A stretch of 64,000 bases of DNA from Candidatus Omnitrophota bacterium. GTDB lineage: Bacteria > Omnitrophota > Gorgyraeia > Gygaellales > Profunditerraquicolaceae. The stretch covers positions 255,045 to 319,044 of the forward strand of contig JAPLLX010000004.1 of NCBI GenBank assembly GCA_026387335.1, written 5' to 3'. The notes below the pieces were generated by a model that was given only the letters and a program-made list of their open reading frames with translations, did no database searches and was not told the origin of the DNA. Positions 59,405 through 64,000 of this stretch are shown here, one piece after another. Position 1 is the first letter of the stretch. Every line of letters starts with the position of its first letter. Both the position numbers and the translations under genes were made by a program.

Positions 59405-59962
59405 ATGAATAAGAAAAAGATTGAGAGAGCAGTGTACGATATATTGGAAGCGATAGGCGAGAACCCGAAGAAAAAGGACCTTCTGGAAACTCCTAAGCGC
59501 GTAGCTGAAATGTACGAAGAAATATTTTCCGGTATCAAGCAGGACCCCGAGAAAGAGTTAGAAGTTATTTTAGACCAGAAACATCATGAAATCATCCTAC
59601 TTAAAGGAATACCTCTCTACTCGATCTGCGAACATCATTTGCTTCCTTTTGTGGGTAAGGCCAGCATAGCTTATATCCCTAAGAGTGGCCGGGTTACGGG
59701 TTTGAGTAAATTAGCCCGGGTGGTAGATATTTTAGCCCACCGGCCGCAAGTACAGGAGCGCCTGACTACCCAGATAGCCGAGATTATTATGTCTAAATTA
59801 AGGCCCTTAGGGGTAATGGTGGTTATTGAGGCTGAACATATGTGCATGTCTTTGCGCGGAGTAAGGAAACCCGGGACGCTTACCATTACCTCAGCCGTGC
59901 GCGGTATATTTAAAGAGAATGAAAAGACGCGCTCAGAGGCCTTAGCTTTGATTAAATCTTAG
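59405..59962 (+). CDS. folE: GTP cyclohydrolase I
   Basis: [10 protein letters not shown] zinc-binding motif; 185 aa. Confidence 0.92.
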   Translation: MNKKKIERAVYDILEAIGENPKKKDLLETPKRVAEMYEEIFSGIKQDPEKELEVILDQKHHEIILLKGIPLYSICEHHLLPFVGKASIAYIPKSGRVTGLSKLARVVDILAHRPQVQERLTTQIAEIIMSKLRPLGVMVVIEAEHMCMSLRGVRKPGTLTITSAVRGIFKENEKTRSEALALIKS

Positions 59963-59968
59963 AATCTT

Positions 59969-60043
59969 AGGGACGGTTCTCAAGCCAATCTCAAAGTGTC
60001 CCCTAACAGGGGACACTTTTGCTTTGAGTTGAGAACCGTCCCT
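59969..60043. repeat. family B palindromic element, copy 2 (reverse orientation relative to copy 1)
   Basis: AGGGACGGTTCTCAAGCCAATCTCAAAGTGTCCCCTAACAGGGGACACTTTTGCTTTGAGTTGAGAACCGTCCCT; preceded by the tandem direct 8-mer AATCTTAGAATCTTAG. Confidence 0.9.
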
Positions 60044-60061
60044 GACTGATGGAGGAATATT

Positions 60062-60400
60062 ATGACGCATAAAAGCCAAGGTAAGTCATCACTAGGGATG
60101 GAAGCCAATATTGCCGCGCTCTTAAGCTACCTTTTGGGTTTTGTCTCCGGGATAATCTTTTACGCTTTAGAGAAAGAAAATAAGTTTGTGCGTTTCCACG
60201 CGATGCAATCGATCGTGGTTTTCGCGTTTTTATTTGTTTTAAACATGGTCGTAAAACTCTTACCTTTAATAGGTTGGACCATCTCCACTCTTTTGGGCAT
60301 AATAGGCATAGTCATCTGGGTTCTCCTTATGGTTAAAGCCTACAACGGAGAATATTTCAAACTGCCGGTTGCCGGAGAGATTGCCGAGAAAAACTCCTAA
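60062..60400 (+). CDS. DUF4870-family small membrane protein
   Basis: ANIAALLSYLLGFVSGIIFYALEKENKFVRFHAMQSIVVF pattern; 112 aa. Confidence 0.55.
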   Translation: MTHKSQGKSSLGMEANIAALLSYLLGFVSGIIFYALEKENKFVRFHAMQSIVVFAFLFVLNMVVKLLPLIGWTISTLLGIIGIVIWVLLMVKAYNGEYFKLPVAGEIAEKNS

Positions 60401-60518
60401 AGAAAGCGCTTTCTAAAACACTGGATATTCCCTTGAAACCCGTAGGAATCAAGGGCATACTAGTAATGCATAGTCAAACAGGCCATTATGCCTGCGCCAG
60501 ACAGGAGAGCGTTAACCG

Positions 60519-60860
60519 ATGCCCGGTAATTATCCTCAAGAAAAAAGGAAGCTAGTCCGTTTTCTCATCACTATACCCTTAAAACACATTAAGATCAGCA
60601 TGAGAAGTTTTAACTCCTCCTGCACTCATGACATAAGCGCGCAAGGCGTAGGCCTGATCACTCCCGAGGAGCTTCCCGTAAATACCCCTTTAATTTTATG
60701 CCTTAAGATTCCGGATAACGGAGAAGAGATATCTTTAGAGGCAGAGGTAGTCTGGTCAACGCGAATGTCTTCTGAGCAATACCGCTCCGGCCTTAAGCTT
60801 AAAAATAATCCGATCAAACCCATCCCCCTCGTATTAAGGACAATTTATTCCAAATTATAA
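60519..60860 (+). CDS. PilZ domain protein (c-di-GMP receptor-like)
   Basis: RKLVRF...DISAQGVGL PilZ signature; 113 aa. Confidence 0.6.
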   Translation: MPGNYPQEKRKLVRFLITIPLKHIKISMRSFNSSCTHDISAQGVGLITPEELPVNTPLILCLKIPDNGEEISLEAEVVWSTRMSSEQYRSGLKLKNNPIKPIPLVLRTIYSKL

Positions 60861-60935
60861 TCTTGATTGACATACCCCGCTGGAAGTAGTATCATATCTT
60901 TAATCGTCTAACTGACCCAATAATAAAAAACTAAG

Positions 60936-61751
60936 ATGACCAAAATTAAAACTCAAGTTTCCATAATCCTCGCGGTTATATTCCTGTCGGGTTGCGCCTG
61001 CTATAGTTTTAAAAAAGGCGAGTCTCCCTACAATAACGGTTTTGTAGCCTCAAGATACGGCAGAGTACTTCCTGAATATACCATCGGTAAAGACAATTCT
61101 GTCCCGGATGAAGCGGTAGCTAAGGAACGCTTCAAAAGGCGTAGGATTGAAGTCGAGGCTTATTATAAAAAAATGGGTTATATTAAAAACCGCTTTAGAC
61201 AGATGTTTATTGACCCGCCTTTTTTTATGATTCAGGCTGTATCCGGTGTGTTCTATATGCCATCAGTAGCTATCAATGATTACAAATATAATCACGATGC
61301 CGCATATAAAGAGAAGATAGACAAACAGGAAGATGCTGAGTATAGGGCTGAAAAAGAGCGGCTCAGGGTTTTAAAGGAGAAACTAAACTCTTACATTCAG
61401 AATGATTTACAGAAAGAAACGCCCGCAGTCGCGCCAACCGCAGAACCGGTTAAAAAAGAATCTTTGCCACCGGAAAAGGCCAAGCCAGTTGTTAGTGAAG
61501 AAGCTCTTGCGCCTAAGGCCGTAGAAGCTCCTGCCAAGGAAGTGGCTGCGAAGATTCCTAACGCGGTTATCGTTGCTAAACCCCTGAAAGGGGTTTCGCC
61601 TTTAACTGTGCAATTTTACGGTTCTAAATCTTCTTCTCCCAACGGCAGGATAATCTCTTATCTTTGGGATTTTGGCGACGGAGATACCTCTACAAAGAAG
61701 AATCCTATGAATACCTACTGGAGCACAACCTACGGCTCGCGTAAACATTGA
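60936..61751 (+). CDS. lipoprotein with Pro/Ala/Lys-rich linker and a C-terminally truncated PKD domain
   Basis: Lipobox LSGCA; PKD-like LTVQFYGSKSSSPNGRIISYLWDFGDGDTSTKKNPMNTY then stops mid-domain, 25 nt before a family A element; 271 aa. Confidence 0.5.
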   Translation: MTKIKTQVSIILAVIFLSGCACYSFKKGESPYNNGFVASRYGRVLPEYTIGKDNSVPDEAVAKERFKRRRIEVEAYYKKMGYIKNRFRQMFIDPPFFMIQAVSGVFYMPSVAINDYKYNHDAAYKEKIDKQEDAEYRAEKERLRVLKEKLNSYIQNDLQKETPAVAPTAEPVKKESLPPEKAKPVVSEEALAPKAVEAPAKEVAAKIPNAVIVAKPLKGVSPLTVQFYGSKSSSPNGRIISYLWDFGDGDTSTKKNPMNTYWSTTYGSRKH

Positions 61752-61775
61752 AGTACTTTCAAAATAAAACTCTTT

Positions 61776-61836
61776 AAATAGGGACAGCGACCGTTTTTTG
61801 TCTATGCGACCAAAAAAACGGTCGCTGTCCCTATTT
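61776..61836. repeat. family A palindromic element, copy 5 (variant arms ...CCGTTTTTT)
   Basis: Seen directly. Confidence 0.85.
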
Positions 61837-62114
61837 AATTCGATTTTTGAGTTTTAGCTGAAATAAAAGATATTGTAAATATTAGGGATACGTCAAAACC
61901 GCCTCTTACTTTCAAAACCCCGAAAATAGCTATTTTTAGCAAAATAAACCCTTCAAATTTATCAAATCCCAAAAATCTCCGCTTCCGACGGAAAAATCAA
62001 AGATTTTACTTGACAAAATGTATAATATGCTTTATCATTTGTTATTATATTATAGTACTTACTATAATACACTATATACTGCTATTTGTTCTGCATTTAA
62101 AAAAAGGAGCACTA

Positions 62115-62345
62115 ATGAACAAAACCTTAATCTCACCTATTGAAATCAGTAAAAAATACAACATCTCCTATCAAACAATAAATTATTACACTAATCTGGG
62201 TTTATTAAAAGTGCGCCGGCGCGAAGGAAATAACCGGTTGTATAACAACAGGGAAGTGCGCTCGGGGTTAAGCAGGATAACGAAATTAAAGAGCCAGGGT
62301 TATTCCTTGCATCTTATCCGCGGGATTGTCATGAAAGAACAATGA
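62115..62345 (+). CDS. MerR-like HTH transcriptional regulator (short)
   Basis: ISPIEISKKYNISYQTINYYTNLGLL resembles the MerR N-terminal HTH. Start placed at the internal ATG (MNKTLIS); the ORF-track start at 62010 adds an implausible hydrophobic leader. Confidence 0.5.
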   Translation: MNKTLISPIEISKKYNISYQTINYYTNLGLLKVRRREGNNRLYNNREVRSGLSRITKLKSQGYSLHLIRGIVMKEQ

Positions 62346-63166
62346 GCTATTACTCGGTATTAGGCCTGAATAAAGAACCTTTTTCCACCAGCCCCGACCC
62401 GGAGTTTTTCTACGAGTCCAACGAGCATAAAGCCTGTCTCCTGCGGGTATTGGTAGAAATACGGCTGCGCCGGGGCTTAAGCGTTATTTTAGGAGATGTA
62501 GGCGTTGGTAAGACCACACTTTCACGTAAGCTTTTTCAGATGCTTAAAGAAAGACCGGATATACTTTTTTATATGGTGTTGGACCCGACTACCCCCAACG
62601 AAGAACTATTTCTGGAGTCATTAGTGCGGACGTTTAATATCCAGGATGAGCTCAAAACTTCACCCAGCATACTGGATTATAAAGAGGCGATCAAAAAATT
62701 TCTTTTTCAAAAAGGCGTAGAGGAAAATAAAACAATAGTTTTTGTTATAGACGAAGCCCAAAAACTTAATCCGGCTGCTTTGGAGATGCTACGCGTTTTA
62801 TTAAATTATGAGACTAATGAATATAAATTATTGCAGCTGGTTTTATTCTCGCAGATGGAGCTTTTGCCCCGGATAAAAGAGATTAAAAACTTTTTTGACC
62901 GGATAGTGCTTAAATATGTTATTAACCCTCTGGATGAAAAAGAGACCAGGGACATGATTAATTTTCGGTTGCAGCAGTCGGGCTTTAACTCAGAGCTGAA
63001 ACTCTTTACCGATGAGGCAATTAGCGAGATCCATCATTATAGCCAGGGTTACCCGCGCAGGATCAACCTGATTTGCCATAACGCGCTAAGGAATCTGATC
63101 ACCTCTAACCGGACAGTGATCGACGCTACCTTAGTGCGGGACCTGATAGCCAGGAGCGCAGTATAA
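62342..63166 (+). CDS. ExeA/GspA/MshM-type AAA+ ATPase of type II secretion / type IV pilus systems
   Basis: Walker A LGDVGVGKTTL, Walker B IVFVIDEAQ; 274 aa. Confidence 0.7.
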   Translation: MSYYSVLGLNKEPFSTSPDPEFFYESNEHKACLLRVLVEIRLRRGLSVILGDVGVGKTTLSRKLFQMLKERPDILFYMVLDPTTPNEELFLESLVRTFNIQDELKTSPSILDYKEAIKKFLFQKGVEENKTIVFVIDEAQKLNPAALEMLRVLLNYETNEYKLLQLVLFSQMELLPRIKEIKNFFDRIVLKYVINPLDEKETRDMINFRLQQSGFNSELKLFTDEAISEIHHYSQGYPRRINLICHNALRNLITSNRTVIDATLVRDLIARSAV

Positions 63167-63168
63167 CA

Positions 63169-63825
63169 ATGGATAAAGGGACCTCCGACGAAAGACTGCT
63201 TAAATTGATTGAAGGTGGCGCCGCGGGCGAAGCTAAACGCAAACAAAATATCGGCATAAGCCCTAAAAAATCATTCTCCGAGCTTATGCAGACGTCTAAA
63301 TTTAATCTAAGTTTGAAGGCGATTAAGGAGTTTAAACCCAATATCGTCGTCCTGAATAAAGGGTTAATGGTGTTGGCGGCAATAGTCACGGTCATACTGA
63401 TCTATAGCCTTTTTAGCGGGCCGGTCTTTTCAGCCTCTAATGCAGCATATTTTACTTCTGCCGATGTCTCTGCCGTAGCCAAACAATTATCCGCGAAAGA
63501 AAATCCGGGTTTGCTCCGCAAAAATATATTAAGCCAGGACATTAAGCGGAATGTTTTCCTGGCTCCGGGAACCAAGCTCACCTCGCTTACAGAAGCCGCC
63601 TCCGCCAATGTAACCGAGGTCGCTAAAGACCTAAAATTAGTGGGGATTATCTGGTCAGCTAACCCGGAGGTAATGATCGAATACGGAAAAGATTCCCGGA
63701 CCTATACCTTAAAGAAAGGGGATTCTTTTAACGGAGATCAATTTAAGGTTAAAGATGTTGCGCGTAACTTTGCGGTCTTAGAAGTTTCTATTGACGGTAG
63801 AGTAAACGAGTATGTGTTAAGATGA
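63169..63825 (+). CDS. bitopic membrane protein, possible GspB/PilP-like partner of the ExeA ATPase
   Basis: Single TM helix LMVLAAIVTVILIYSLF, C-terminal beta-rich domain; 218 aa; sits between the ATPase and the secretin. Confidence 0.4.
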   Translation: MDKGTSDERLLKLIEGGAAGEAKRKQNIGISPKKSFSELMQTSKFNLSLKAIKEFKPNIVVLNKGLMVLAAIVTVILIYSLFSGPVFSASNAAYFTSADVSAVAKQLSAKENPGLLRKNILSQDIKRNVFLAPGTKLTSLTEAASANVTEVAKDLKLVGIIWSANPEVMIEYGKDSRTYTLKKGDSFNGDQFKVKDVARNFAVLEVSIDGRVNEYVLR

Positions 63826-64000
63826 GCCGGCTGCGTTCTTTCTTTATATTTACGGTCATCTGTTTATTGAGTTTTAACTTCCTGTTGGCCCAGGACGCTA
63901 AAGAAGCTAAAATGAACGAACTACTGGAAAAACCTCTGCCAACAGAAGAAAAAAAGATTTCGCTGGATTTAAAAGGCATAGACATCAATGAGCTCTTTAA
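63822..64000 (+). CDS. secretin (PilQ/GspD-like) N-terminus, partial
   Basis: Own translation: MSRLRSFFIFTVICLLSFNFLLAQ (signal peptide) ... KISLDLKGIDINELF (secretin N-terminal motif); runs off the window. Confidence 0.45.
   Translation, partial: MSRLRSFFIFTVICLLSFNFLLAQDAKEAKMNELLEKPLPTEEKKISLDLKGIDINELF

Noticed and set aside
62010-62114. N-terminal 35-aa hydrophobic extension (MTKCIICFIICYYIIVLTIIHYILLFVLHLKKGAL) of the MerR-like ORF
   Set aside because: This is low-complexity translation of an AT-rich promoter-like region (ttgacaaaatgtataatatgc). The internal ATG at 62115 gives a normal-length HTH protein.

Overview
The window covers the chromosomal replication-origin region of a bacterium with moderate GC content, probably an uncultivated lineage. 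Genes at about 1-15.6 kb lie on the minus strand and genes at 16.1-64 kb on the plus strand. The switch point is the rpmH-dnaA intergenic region, which carries two consensus sigma70 promoters reading into dnaA. The minus-strand side has the canonical rpmH-yidD-yidC-jag and parA-parB arrangement, but rnpA is conspicuously missing between rpmH and yidD. The plus-strand side runs dnaA-dnaN-DUF721(DciA-like)-gyrB-gyrA, with no recF. The rest is mostly housekeeping: pheST, thrS, the infC-rpmI-rplT operon, gmk, rpoZ, coaC, ndk, a PyrR-attenuated pyr operon (pyrR-pyrB-pyrC ... pyrK-pyrD-pyrF), glmS, purH, folC, mnmE, folE, nine tRNA genes, hydrogenase-maturation genes (a Kae1-domain-only hypF, then hypC, hypD and a distant hypE), and the start of a type IV pilus or type II secretion locus (MerR-like HTH, ExeA/GspA-type ATPase, membrane protein, secretin N-terminus). 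Several features look non-routine. (1) An endonuclease Q (EndoQ-like PHP-domain nuclease) gene is interrupted by a 361-aa LAGLIDADG-type intein. It splits the conserved ETGLS|SDP motif, leaving a 412-aa host protein once excised. (2) A separate free-standing double-motif LAGLIDADG homing endonuclease gene is wedged 6-12 nt between tRNA-Cys and tRNA-Leu inside a tRNA-thrS operon. (3) Two families of perfect-palindrome miniature elements are present. Family A (61-64 bp) has five copies, and one copy sits in frame inside folC, adding 21 codons. Family B (75 bp) has two copies in opposite orientation. Elements also supply the stop codon or C-terminal tail of rsmI and of a DUF2156 gene. (4) A translationally coupled operon directly after tRNA-Val and tRNA-Asp encodes a Trbp111-like tRNA-binding protein, a YkgJ-type Cys-cluster protein and a stand-alone DUF2156 (MprF C-terminal, aminoacyl-tRNA-dependent transferase) protein. 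(5) An operon of two D-Ala-D-Ala-ligase-like ATP-grasp enzymes plus lysine 2,3-aminomutase is followed by an EF-G paralogue whose switch II catalytic His is Tyr, and then by a YchF-derived protein with a degenerate P-loop. (6) There is a DnaQ-like exonuclease fused to a WYL domain. All calls rest on reading the ORF translations and the sequence by eye. No database searches were run.
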